DNA of 64,000 nt from positions 111 to 64,110 of the forward strand of contig CAZFHC010000001.1 of assembly GCA_964518625.1 (NCBI GenBank), given 5' to 3'. A model generated the notes under the pieces. It was not told the DNA's origin. It saw only the letters and a program-made list of their open reading frames with translations, and searched no databases. Origin of the DNA: Candidatus Woesearchaeota archaeon. Its GTDB lineage: Archaea > Nanobdellota > Nanobdellia > Pacearchaeales > GW2011-AR1. Both the position numbers and the translations under genes were made by a program. Below, piece after piece: positions 39,485-48,567 of the stretch. Position 1 is the first letter of the stretch, and each line of letters starts with the position of its first letter.

Positions 39485-40738
39485 CTATTCGTATCTTAGT
39501 GCATCTACTGGTTTCATTTTTGAAGCATTGTAAGCTGGTATAACTCCTGCAATCATTCCTACTATTACTGAGAATAATAATGCCCCGATTAATAGTTCTG
39601 GTGTTATTGTAGTACTTCCGAACATTTTACCTGCCATTCCACCTGTATCACTCATAGAACTTACTAAATTTGACCCGAAGATCCCTAATATGACTCCTCC
39701 TAGTCCACCAACAAATCCTATCAATCCTGAATTAAATAAAAATATTAGCAATATATCTTTATTTTGAGTTCCTATTGCTTTCATAATTCCTATATCTTTT
39801 GTTTTTTCTAAGACTGATGTGAACATAGTGTTTGCTATTCCTACTGCTCCTACTAATAAGGAAATTGCAGCTATTGCTGTTAAAAACAAAGTCATTGTGT
39901 TCATTGTTTCTTGTATTGTTTCTTGCATTTCACTAGGATCAGTTACTGTAAAATCTTGATCTGTTTCTGAGAGAATACCTCTTGAATTTAATAGAGTTTC
40001 TGTTATTTCATTCACTGTTTCATTACTGATATCTATATCATTTATTTTTACAGATATCGAATCAAATTCTTTATCTCCAACATCATCTAAAATTATACGT
40101 GCTATTTCTATTGGCATATATATTGTTGAACCTGAATCTAGGATCCCAACAACTTTAAATGTTTTATCTTCAATCACAATTTTACTGTTTAATGGAATTC
40201 CATCTTCAAATGTATTAGTTACAATATTTCCACCTATTACAACTGAATATGTATCACTGTTAATTAGATATCTACCTGATTCTAATTCTTCTGTTGTTAT
40301 TTCTTTCCAATTTTCAGTTTCTACTCCGTTAATAGTTGATGTTGCTGATTTAGTGAGATATTCTATTGTTCCTTTTTCTGAAACTTTTCCCATTACGCAA
40401 TCAATATTGTCAACCGTTGTTAATGATAGAATATCCCTTGATGTTAGATTTTCTTGTTCATCATCATTAGAGGATGTATCTTTTAGATCTCGTCCCATTC
40501 CGCCACCAAAACCACCAGATGACCCTTTAGCAACGGAATATCCTGGTGTTACTGTTAATATATCAGCTCCAAGACCTCCTAATTGTTCTTCTAGATTTGC
40601 CTCAGCTCCTTGAGTTATTGAGACAATAGATACAACTGCTGCAATACCAATTACTATTCCTATTATTGTTAGCCAGCTACGTAGTTTTCCATGCATAAGG
40701 ATATTAAATGCTAATTGAAATGATTTTTTTATTTTCAT
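39485..40738 (-). CDS. ABC transporter permease, FtsX/MacB-like (large extracytoplasmic domain + 4 TM)
   Basis: N-terminal TM, a long periplasmic-type domain, then a C-terminal 3-TM FtsX-like region ending in ..DALRYE. Confidence 0.6.
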   Translation of the reverse strand: MKIKKSFQLAFNILMHGKLRSWLTIIGIVIGIAAVVSIVSITQGAEANLEEQLGGLGADILTVTPGYSVAKGSSGGFGGGMGRDLKDTSSNDDEQENLTSRDILSLTTVDNIDCVMGKVSEKGTIEYLTKSATSTINGVETENWKEITTEELESGRYLINSDTYSVVIGGNIVTNTFEDGIPLNSKIVIEDKTFKVVGILDSGSTIYMPIEIARIILDDVGDKEFDSISVKINDIDISNETVNEITETLLNSRGILSETDQDFTVTDPSEMQETIQETMNTMTLFLTAIAAISLLVGAVGIANTMFTSVLEKTKDIGIMKAIGTQNKDILLIFLFNSGLIGFVGGLGGVILGIFGSNLVSSMSDTGGMAGKMFGSTTITPELLIGALLFSVIVGMIAGVIPAYNASKMKPVDALRYE

Positions 40739-40758
40739 TTTAGAGTGTACTAAGAGAA

Positions 40759-41739
40759 TTATTTACTATTTTCTTTTGTAATCCAAGTTGGAACTTTTGA
40801 AGAAGATGTTTTTTTGTTTTTCTTAAACTTCTTCTTCAAATTATCTACTCCTATTTTCTTATATATAGTATAGAACGCTCCTAATATTGCTATAACAACA
40901 ATATACCAAATCCAATTATTGTTTGAATTTGAAGTTTCTTCTCCTTTTTTCATACCTATACCTTCTCCAGGCATAAAAGTTGCATTCATTAAATTTTGAT
41001 TCATGTTAAGATTCAATTCCATGTTTACAATTCTTCGTTCTCCTAAGCTATCTGTATAGTATATGTCAAAATCAAAGTTATTAGTATCTTCTGCATCTCG
41101 TTGTGGAATTGCTGTTATGTCGAAATTAACAATTGCATAATCTCCACTATCTAGATTTCCTACCATTTGTCCATCTGTACTAGTTGCCTTGAAGTTATCT
41201 TGTTCTGGAACTCTTACAACAACTGAGTTAGCTGTATATTTACCGATATTAGCAATTGCAATAGATATTTCTGTTGAACTAGAATCTTGAATTACTGCAT
41301 CAAAATCTGTCCTTAGATCTTCTATCTTAATATCAAATTCCTCAACAACATTTCCTCGTTCTTCTCCATATTTTACACTAATTGTTGAATTTGCATCTAT
41401 TGCATCTGAATCAACTCGTAATGTTATTGGAATCATCCATTCTGTTTTTGAATTTGATACCCATGTACTCCCTTCTAATTTATGGATTAATTCCTCATCA
41501 CTATCTACTGAAAATGGATATGATGGAACTAATTCAAAATATGCACCAGTACATTCTGAATTATCTATACCTGAAATTTGGAATAAGACATCAACATATT
41601 CTCCTTGTGTTGCAGGATATGAATCTTGATTTACCATTGTTACACTTAAATCACAATTTTCAGATGCTGAAACTTGACTTATTAGAATTAGACTTAGTAA
41701 TAGAAATAAACTTGTAGAATACTTGTATTTGTTTTTCAT
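40759..41739 (-). CDS. Secreted beta-rich protein with C-terminal TM anchor, encoded between the ABC ATPase and permease
   Basis: Signal peptide (LFLLLSLILISQVSASE). C-terminal anchor WIWYIVVIAILGAFYTIYKKIG followed by a basic tail. Confidence 0.45.
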   Translation of the reverse strand: MKNKYKYSTSLFLLLSLILISQVSASENCDLSVTMVNQDSYPATQGEYVDVLFQISGIDNSECTGAYFELVPSYPFSVDSDEELIHKLEGSTWVSNSKTEWMIPITLRVDSDAIDANSTISVKYGEERGNVVEEFDIKIEDLRTDFDAVIQDSSSTEISIAIANIGKYTANSVVVRVPEQDNFKATSTDGQMVGNLDSGDYAIVNFDITAIPQRDAEDTNNFDFDIYYTDSLGERRIVNMELNLNMNQNLMNATFMPGEGIGMKKGEETSNSNNNWIWYIVVIAILGAFYTIYKKIGVDNLKKKFKKNKKTSSSKVPTWITKENSK

Positions 41740-41768
41740 TATCTTAATTAAAATGGATTTTACCCCAT

Positions 41769-42461
41769 TTATTTTTTAACCTCCCTTTCAATTCTTCCGT
41801 CTTTTATGTAGACTATTCTTTTGGCATATTTTACCAATTCTAAATCGTGAGTAATTAATATTATTGTTTTTCCTTTTTTGTTTAAATCTATTAAAAAGTC
41901 CATCACAAATTTACCGGTTTTACTATCTAAATTTCCGGTTGGTTCATCTGCTAATATAATCTCTGGATTATTTGAAAGTGATCGTGCTATAGCAACTCTT
42001 TGTTGTTGTCCTCCTGATAGTTCTGATGGTTTATGATGAAGTCTATCTCCCAAACCTAGATCTGTTAATAATTTTACTGACTTTTCTTTCGCTATATTTT
42101 CTTTCGTATTTATTACTTCCATTGGAAGCATCACATTTTGTAGAGCACTTAAAGTTGGAAGCAAATTAAATTGTTGGAAAATAAAACCTATTGTTTCTCC
42201 TCGTAAAATTGATAGTGTTGATTCATTCATTTTTGAGATGTCTTTATTATCTAAATACACTGTCCCCCATGATGGTTTATCTAATGCCCCTACTATATTC
42301 ATCATTGTACTTTTTCCACTACCAGAAGGCCCTGTAATCGCAATAAAATCACCTTTTTGAATTTCTAAATTAATTTCTTTTAATACAACTAATGGATCTG
42401 CTTTACCCATATCGTATTTTTTCCATACATTATCAATTTTAATCACTGATTCTTTTTTCAT
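41769..42461 (-). CDS. ABC transporter ATP-binding protein (MacB/LolD-like)
   Basis: GPSGSGKST is Walker A. LSGGQQQRVAIARSL is the ABC signature. ILADEPTGNLD is Walker B. Confidence 0.85.
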   Translation of the reverse strand: MKKESVIKIDNVWKKYDMGKADPLVVLKEINLEIQKGDFIAITGPSGSGKSTMMNIVGALDKPSWGTVYLDNKDISKMNESTLSILRGETIGFIFQQFNLLPTLSALQNVMLPMEVINTKENIAKEKSVKLLTDLGLGDRLHHKPSELSGGQQQRVAIARSLSNNPEIILADEPTGNLDSKTGKFVMDFLIDLNKKGKTIILITHDLELVKYAKRIVYIKDGRIEREVKK

Positions 42462-42493
42462 AATACTACTCCTTTTTTTTTATATATAAAGAG

Positions 42494-42516
42494 AATGGAC
42501 TTTTGGTCCATTGGTT
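42494..42516. repeat. Copy 3 of the 23-nt motif (AATGGACTTTTGGTCCATTGGTT), perfect 7-bp inverted repeat
   Basis: AATGGAC-TTTTG-GTCCATT. It lies between the MMPL operon stop (42574) and the ABC ATPase start (42461). A second palindrome, TCCATGGA, lies at 42543-42550. Confidence 0.6.
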
Positions 42517-42573
42517 AAAAGAATTATAAATTTTAGGACTCCATGGATTAAAAAATATTAAATAAAGAATCTT

Positions 42574-43674
42574 TTATTTCTTATCTTTTGTTAGAATTAC
42601 TAATAAACTTGGTACTATTGTAATTGCTGCTAGCATACAGAAGATAACTCCGTAGCTCATGATTATTCCCATTTCTGCCATCACTGAAAGTTCTCCTAAT
42701 CCCATTGCTCTAAAACCAATTAAGCATGCTAATGTTGTTGTTAATATTGGCACTAATATCCCGTTTAGTGTTTTTGACATTGCTGCTTTTTTATCGTTCT
42801 TTTTCAATTCTTGATTGTAACGACTCATTACTTGAATTCCAAAATCTATTCCTATTCCCATTATCATTGAGATTGCTCCGCTTGTCATTGAAGATAATCC
42901 GCTTCCTGTTAATCCCAAGAATCCCATTGTCCACATAATTCCAAAAATGATTGTCATTAAAGGTAGAGCGACTCCTTTTACTGACCTAAAAATTAAAATT
43001 AAAATTAAAATTATGGCTATCATTGAGAACATTGAAGTCCTATTCATATCTGGCCCAATTTGTTCCTTTATTATTACATCTTGGAATATTTCTCCTGATA
43101 AACTAATTTTAATTCCTGCTGGTTTGTCTATTTGATTTATTAATTCTGATATTTCATTTGTAATTTCTTCACTCTCAACCTCATCATCGAATGTTATTTT
43201 TATTAATAGCATAGATTCGTCTTCTGATACATAACTTTTTCCTACAAAACTTTTCGAAATTGTTTCTATTTCTAATTGAGTATTTGGAATTTGTCCATAT
43301 TGTTTCTCTATTATTTGTCCCATTCCATTGATTTCTTCAACATTGTTTGAGTTTGTTAGATATGTTTCTAGTAATAATGAATATCTTATTAGTATTGGTT
43401 CTGTTACTTTTTTTACTTCATTAGAATTTACATAGTTGTTATCTATTTCTATTACGATTGTTCCTGAATTTGTTCCACCAAAGTCATCTGATATCAACGA
43501 AAAGGCTTTAATTACGTCATAGTCGTCAGGTAACATGTCTTCGTAATTCATATCTTGGGTTTGCATTAGTTGTATTCCAACAAACATTATTAGTGTTAGA
43601 ACTAGGCTTAGAACTAAGACAATTGCTGAATTTTGGCTTACGAAATCTGCATATTTTTTAGTGATTTTTTTCAT
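42574..43674 (-). CDS. MMPL/RND-superfamily exporter, C-terminal half-transporter
   Basis: N-terminal TM, an extracytoplasmic domain, then 5 TM with GIGIDFGIQVMSRYNQE (an MMPL-type motif). Confidence 0.55.
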   Translation of the reverse strand: MKKITKKYADFVSQNSAIVLVLSLVLTLIMFVGIQLMQTQDMNYEDMLPDDYDVIKAFSLISDDFGGTNSGTIVIEIDNNYVNSNEVKKVTEPILIRYSLLLETYLTNSNNVEEINGMGQIIEKQYGQIPNTQLEIETISKSFVGKSYVSEDESMLLIKITFDDEVESEEITNEISELINQIDKPAGIKISLSGEIFQDVIIKEQIGPDMNRTSMFSMIAIILILILIFRSVKGVALPLMTIIFGIMWTMGFLGLTGSGLSSMTSGAISMIMGIGIDFGIQVMSRYNQELKKNDKKAAMSKTLNGILVPILTTTLACLIGFRAMGLGELSVMAEMGIIMSYGVIFCMLAAITIVPSLLVILTKDKK

Positions 43675-44836
43675 TTAGTGCTTTTTGTTTTGCATGTTGT
43701 TTAGTTTTTTCTGTGAGTCTTTTGTGTTTCTTTTCTGTTATTAGATGCTCAAATCTCTCTTCTAATACAATTAATGCAGGGTTGATGAATATTGCTGCCG
43801 TTAGTGAGAAAGCTATTCCTAAAGCTAGTGAGAGTCCTAAGTCTCGAAGCATTGGCATCATTGAAAATGTTAATGCTAAAAATCCCATTATTGTTGTTGT
43901 TCCACTTCCTAAGACTGAACTTCCTACTTCTTGTACTGTGATTTTTAGTGATTTTTTTGAACTTTTATTCTCTCTTTCTTCGCTATAACGACTTACTATG
44001 AATACCCCATATTCGACTCCTAGTCCTAGAATCATTGCTCCTATCCCAACGGTTGCAACTGATAATTGGATATCTAACCATCCCATTGTTCCTAGTGTCC
44101 ATGAAATTCCAAAAAGGAGTGGTGTGAATATTAGTAATGCTTTTGTTGCTGATTTTTCTAAAATTATTAGTAATACTAAAATCATTAGTGCTGCAATTAA
44201 AATTGTGAATACTGCATCGCTTGCTAGTAAATCTAAAATCATTGATCTTATTTGTGGTGTTCCTGTTATATAAACTGTTACTCCATCTGGCTTTGAAGTT
44301 TCTGATAGTGCTTCATTAATTATACTATCTAATTCTTTTATTTTATCTTCGCCACCGCCTAAATCTGAAGAAATTATCATCATCGTTGCTGAATAGTCTT
44401 TATTGAAGAATGCATTAACGCCTGCGATGCTTGAAAATATTTGTTTTGAGTAATCTAAAGTTGGTGGGATTGTGTCTATTGTAAACATTGCTCCTATTGA
44501 TTGTGTTGATTCTATTAAATCTTCTTTTTCTAATTTTGTTTTTAATTCTACTAAAAATTCTATAATTCTTGGATCTCTTATATCGTATACTCCATTTTCT
44601 TCTGGTTCTTCTATTCTAATTAATACGAAACTTCCATCTTGACCACCGAAATTATCTTGGATTCTATCTTCTACTTTAAAAATTTCTAAATCTTGAGGCA
44701 TCATTTGATCCATATCTGATTGCATTGAAACTTTTGATATCCCAATTCCTAATACCGTTGTTATTATTAGTGCAATTAATAAAATCCATGCTGCATGTTT
44801 GTATTGAAATGATGATAATTTTTCTAACACTTTCAT
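43658..44836 (-). CDS. MMPL/RND-superfamily exporter, N-terminal half-transporter
   Basis: Same architecture as the other half. GVEYGVFIVSRYSEERE motif. Overlaps the downstream half by 17 nt. Confidence 0.55.
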   Translation of the reverse strand: MKVLEKLSSFQYKHAAWILLIALIITTVLGIGISKVSMQSDMDQMMPQDLEIFKVEDRIQDNFGGQDGSFVLIRIEEPEENGVYDIRDPRIIEFLVELKTKLEKEDLIESTQSIGAMFTIDTIPPTLDYSKQIFSSIAGVNAFFNKDYSATMMIISSDLGGGEDKIKELDSIINEALSETSKPDGVTVYITGTPQIRSMILDLLASDAVFTILIAALMILVLLIILEKSATKALLIFTPLLFGISWTLGTMGWLDIQLSVATVGIGAMILGLGVEYGVFIVSRYSEERENKSSKKSLKITVQEVGSSVLGSGTTTIMGFLALTFSMMPMLRDLGLSLALGIAFSLTAAIFINPALIVLEERFEHLITEKKHKRLTEKTKQHAKQKALNEKNH

Positions 44837-45318
44837 TTTAGCTTCTTCATTTTATTTATTGCTTCTTTTATTATTACTTTTATTTTTGTTTGATTGTTTT
44901 TTATGTCTAATGAATTTATTGCTTTTTCCAAATCAATCAATTCTTCAGTTATTGGTATTAATTTTAAATGTTTTTTATCAAAATTATCGATAATATTATT
45001 AATACAATCTTCTTCTCCTAATAATTTTAGAAATTTTACTCCCTCTTCTATCTTCTTTAAAATTTCATTTTTCTTTTTATCGGATTCTCTTAGAAATCGG
45101 TTCCCTTTTAATGTTATTGAATATATTTTCGTATTGGATTGTTTTTTTACTGATGTTAATTTTAAATTTACTAGTTCTTGCATTAAAGGATATAGTGAAC
45201 CTGGGGAAACTTTCCATCCTGTTTTATCTTCTATTGTTTTAGAAATTTGGCTACCTTTCCTTTTTTCTGTTGATAAGACTTTTAGTACCAGTAATTTTAA
45301 GGCACCATTTACTGCCAT
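44833..45318 (-). CDS. PadR-family transcriptional regulator
   Basis: LKLLVLKVLSTEKRKGSQISKTIEDKTGWKVSPGSLYPLMQELV matches the PadR wHTH signature (G.....I.........S.G.LYP.L..LE). Confidence 0.55.
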   Translation of the reverse strand: MAVNGALKLLVLKVLSTEKRKGSQISKTIEDKTGWKVSPGSLYPLMQELVNLKLTSVKKQSNTKIYSITLKGNRFLRESDKKKNEILKKIEEGVKFLKLLGEEDCINNIIDNFDKKHLKLIPITEELIDLEKAINSLDIKNNQTKIKVIIKEAINKMKKLK

Positions 45319-46494
45319 TTAAGCTCTCCTTATTACATATATAGATAGAACGATTAAAAGTATTGTTATAATTACTATTCCTACAAATAAATAAAGTTTC
45401 ATGTCTAATGTTTTTGTTGTTACATTGATGTTTGATGTTACATCATCTACTAAGACTGAATCTCCTGAGATTGATCTTACTTGATAGTTTAATATATATG
45501 ACATTGGTGTTGCATCTTTATCTACTTCAAAATCAAATATTGCATAACCTGTCTCTCCTACATCTAAGCTTCCAACATAAGAAGACTTTTCTGTAAATGA
45601 AAATGGTTGATCACTTCGTTCATATACTTTTAAACTTACATCTTTTGAGTTTTCTCCACCTATATTTTGGATTGCTAGTCTTACTTTTGTAGTTGACCCT
45701 GGGTATATTCCTTCTGTTAATATTTTTACATTCGTAATTTCAAATTGTGGGATTGAGAATACTGGTAGTTCTATTTCTAATGTTTTTGTTTCATCATTTC
45801 CTTCTGATGTATAATCTAAATCTAATGTTGCTGTGTAACTTGCTTCTGATAGTGTTTTATCTGTGTCAAAATAGAATGTTAATGTTTTGGATATTCCTGA
45901 GGCTAAATCACCTAAATGCACTTTGTCTGAATATGAACTTGATGGAGAGAACCCTTCTGGTAAGTTTAATGTTGCGATTAAGTTTTCTGATGTATAATCA
46001 CCTGAATTCTTTATTGTTACATCAAATTTTACCTCTTGTGAATTTGGTATGATTTTTTTTGGGGCTGAAATAATTTCTCCTAGTGTTATTTCTACTGTAT
46101 CACTGATTATTCTTAATTTAAATTCATCATTCCAGTCATCTGATCCGTCATCTAGATTAAATTCTAAATCATAAGATTTTGAGTCTGCATCTTTATCTAC
46201 TTCTATCCTGAAATTGAAAGTCTTTGTCTCACTTGAATTGATTAACGTTGTAATTTCATCATCTGTTATAAATTCAAATGGATCATCTTCTTTGAAGTCT
46301 AATGTCAGATTTTTTGCTATGCTTGCATCGTTTGTTATTTTTAATGTTAACGTAAAAATATCATCTACAGTTGCTGAGTCATAGCTTATTTCTAAGTCAT
46401 AGTCTTCTACGTATACTGAGTCTGAATATGCGCTTACTGTTGCTAGAAGCATTAGTGTTGCAAACATTATTGTTAATACATTATTTACTCTCAT
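45319..46494 (-). CDS. Cell-surface protein (signal peptide, repeated beta-rich domains, C-terminal TM anchor), first gene of the PadR-MMPL operon
   Basis: N-terminal MRVNNVLTIMFATLMLLATVSA. C-terminal YLFVGIVIITILLIVLSIYVIRRA. Abuts the PadR gene. Confidence 0.5.
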   Translation of the reverse strand: MRVNNVLTIMFATLMLLATVSAYSDSVYVEDYDLEISYDSATVDDIFTLTLKITNDASIAKNLTLDFKEDDPFEFITDDEITTLINSSETKTFNFRIEVDKDADSKSYDLEFNLDDGSDDWNDEFKLRIISDTVEITLGEIISAPKKIIPNSQEVKFDVTIKNSGDYTSENLIATLNLPEGFSPSSSYSDKVHLGDLASGISKTLTFYFDTDKTLSEASYTATLDLDYTSEGNDETKTLEIELPVFSIPQFEITNVKILTEGIYPGSTTKVRLAIQNIGGENSKDVSLKVYERSDQPFSFTEKSSYVGSLDVGETGYAIFDFEVDKDATPMSYILNYQVRSISGDSVLVDDVTSNINVTTKTLDMKLYLFVGIVIITILLIVLSIYVIRRA

Positions 46495-46496
46495 AC

Positions 46497-46514
46497 TTTA
46501 TCGGTTCCGATAAA
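46497..46514. promoter_or_regulatory. Perfect 8-2-8 palindrome TTTATCGG-TT-CCGATAAA between the TATA box and start codon of the surface-protein/PadR/MMPL operon; candidate operator
   Basis: The palindrome begins 3 nt upstream of the ATG at 46494. A TATA-like CTTTATAAGG lies at 46516-46525, giving a leaderless geometry with the palindrome over the predicted transcription start. Confidence 0.45.
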
Positions 46515-46614
46515 CCTTTATAAGGTTTATTGTTCTAAAATGAATATGTTGTAAAAGATAAATTGGTTATGGATTAAACATAATGAGTTCTAAGTTCTTT
46601 ATTTGTTATTTCTT

Positions 46615-47616
46615 TTAGAAAAGATAGGTATTATCGTAATAAAATAGATCTGGTTTCTTTTTTTCTATTTCTTCTATTATTTCCCATGATTTTATTGCTT
46701 GTTCAATTGTTGGAAAGAAATTTTTTTCGTTATTTATAAATTTTTTAAATATTTCTAAGTATTCATTCCCTATTCCAAATTTATATTTAGTCCTATTTAT
46801 TGTTAGAAAGCTTTCTTTCTGATTTAGTGCTTTTCCTGTTGTAAATATTAGTTCTTTGTTATTTAATTTTAATTTTAATTTTACGAATGTTTCTATTATT
46901 GATTTTTTTCCTAGTTCTTTTGAATAATTTTTATATTGCCCTCTTTTGAATTCTAATATTTCGATTTTGTCTTTTAATTCTTCTTTTGATATTTTCTGTG
47001 TTATATTCAGAAAATGACTTTGTACCATATCTTTTAAGGCTCCGACTGAATTGTAATATGTTGTTCTACCTTCTAAACCTACTTCTTCTGTTGATTTGAT
47101 TTCTAGTTTTGTGAAATCTTGCTTTGGAAGATTAATTATATTTTGCTTGAATAAATAGTGATCTGATAAAAAGATGTCTTTTCCCAGATTGTTTTCTTCT
47201 ATTAATTGCTTTAATTCTTTAGCTTCTAGTAGATTACTTCCAAATGGTTTTTCTATTAATATTTTTATTGAATAGTTTAGTTCTTTGAATTTTTTTAAAG
47301 AATAAAGAATTTTTTTAATTTGTGATGGGGGAAGTGATATGTAAACATAGTTTGTTTTATTTTGGTCAAAATTTGCAATACATTTTTTCCCACAGATATC
47401 TTCTTTGTCAAAATTTAGTTTTATGTATTTGATTGATTCTTGGAATATTGGTGTACATCTATCTTCTGAACATACGTGATGTAAATATTTCTCTTGTGTT
47501 ATATTTTTTCTTCCTATTGCATAAATTTCTAATTTTTCACTATTAAAATTTTGTAAAGCTGGTAAAACTTTTCTATTAACTAAATCACCTGTTGATCCGA
47601 ATATAAAAAGTTTCAT
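46615..47616 (-). CDS. Glucose-6-phosphate dehydrogenase (Zwf)-like protein, unusually short (333 aa)
   Basis: IFGSTGDLVNRKVLPAL is the NAD(P)-binding N-terminus. IEKPFG and DHYLFKQ correspond to the G6PD EKPFG and DHYLGKE motifs. QSHFLNI matches QNHLLQ. Confidence 0.5.
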   Translation of the reverse strand: MKLFIFGSTGDLVNRKVLPALQNFNSEKLEIYAIGRKNITQEKYLHHVCSEDRCTPIFQESIKYIKLNFDKEDICGKKCIANFDQNKTNYVYISLPPSQIKKILYSLKKFKELNYSIKILIEKPFGSNLLEAKELKQLIEENNLGKDIFLSDHYLFKQNIINLPKQDFTKLEIKSTEEVGLEGRTTYYNSVGALKDMVQSHFLNITQKISKEELKDKIEILEFKRGQYKNYSKELGKKSIIETFVKLKLKLNNKELIFTTGKALNQKESFLTINRTKYKFGIGNEYLEIFKKFINNEKNFFPTIEQAIKSWEIIEEIEKKKPDLFYYDNTYLF

Positions 47617-47689
47617 AATTGTGACAGTTTGTATTGGTTTAAAAATTTTGGTAAAGATGGTAAAAATTATTCAATATTTGCAAAACTAT

Positions 47690-48483
47690 TTATGGATGTT
47701 TATGACAGATATCTACCATTTTCTCTAAAGATTCATTGACTTCATTACCCATATACTCAAAAAAGTTATGTTCTCCTTTAGACAATTCGGATTCCCTACC
47801 CTCTGCTCTATTACTCTTATATCCTTCTACTGCTTCTTCTAAATATGTATAATAGTCACCTTTTTCAAAAGCATTAATTACTGGAACAGGTATCCCATAA
47901 TAATTTAAAATTATATTTTGGATAGACCTTGCAGTTCTACCATTTCCATCTAAAAATGCATGTATTCTTGCTATATCAAAATGAGCATAAGTTGATGCGT
48001 TTATTACATCAATTGGATTAATATTTAATTGATTTCCAATATATTCAAACTGTTTGTTTAAATTTTTTATAAATTTGGGTATTTCAAAATAGATAATTTT
48101 TCTGGTGTTGGCATAACTCTTGTCATTTTTTTGCCTCCTACATAAGCTTGAGAAGTTCTATATTGAGGAACAGAATTTTTATGAATTTCTGGTAATATTT
48201 TCCCATTTATTTCTCTAATAAATGACTCCTCAAAATTATATGGGTCAAAATTAGATATTCCCCATATCCATGCATCATTCAAATTCCTTTTTAATTTTCG
48301 CATTCTATGTTTTGGAATATTAGAATCTTCTTCAATTATCAATGACTGATGATGGGCATCTTTAATTTGTCTATTATAAACTAATTTTTGATATTTTAGA
48401 TAAAAATAACAACTATGATCTGTTTTTATTTCATTATAATTTTTTTTTAAATCTATACATAATTCTTTAGATAAATATTCCAT
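47690..48483 (-). pseudogene. Fic/Doc-family (HxFx(D/E)GNGR) protein gene interrupted by a frameshift in an A/T homopolymer
   Basis: The N-terminal 138 aa (48067..48483) end at TAA. A frame shifted by one base continues without stops and encodes ...ARIHAFLDGNGRTARSIQNIILNYYGIPV... (the Fic motif) down to the stop at 47690. The two frames overlap at the run AAATTTTTTAT (48060-48070). Confidence 0.6.
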
Positions 48484-48567
48484 ATTATTCTTAATTAATG
48501 TGTCTTTTTAAAATGATACTAATTTCGCAACTAACTATACTTAAATAAAAAATAAAAAATTGCTTAA

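Noticed and set aside
42990-43013. (AAAATT)4 tandem repeat
   Set aside because: It lies inside the MMPL half-transporter gene and encodes an ILILILIF membrane-helix segment on the minus strand. It is a coding artefact of hydrophobic repeats.
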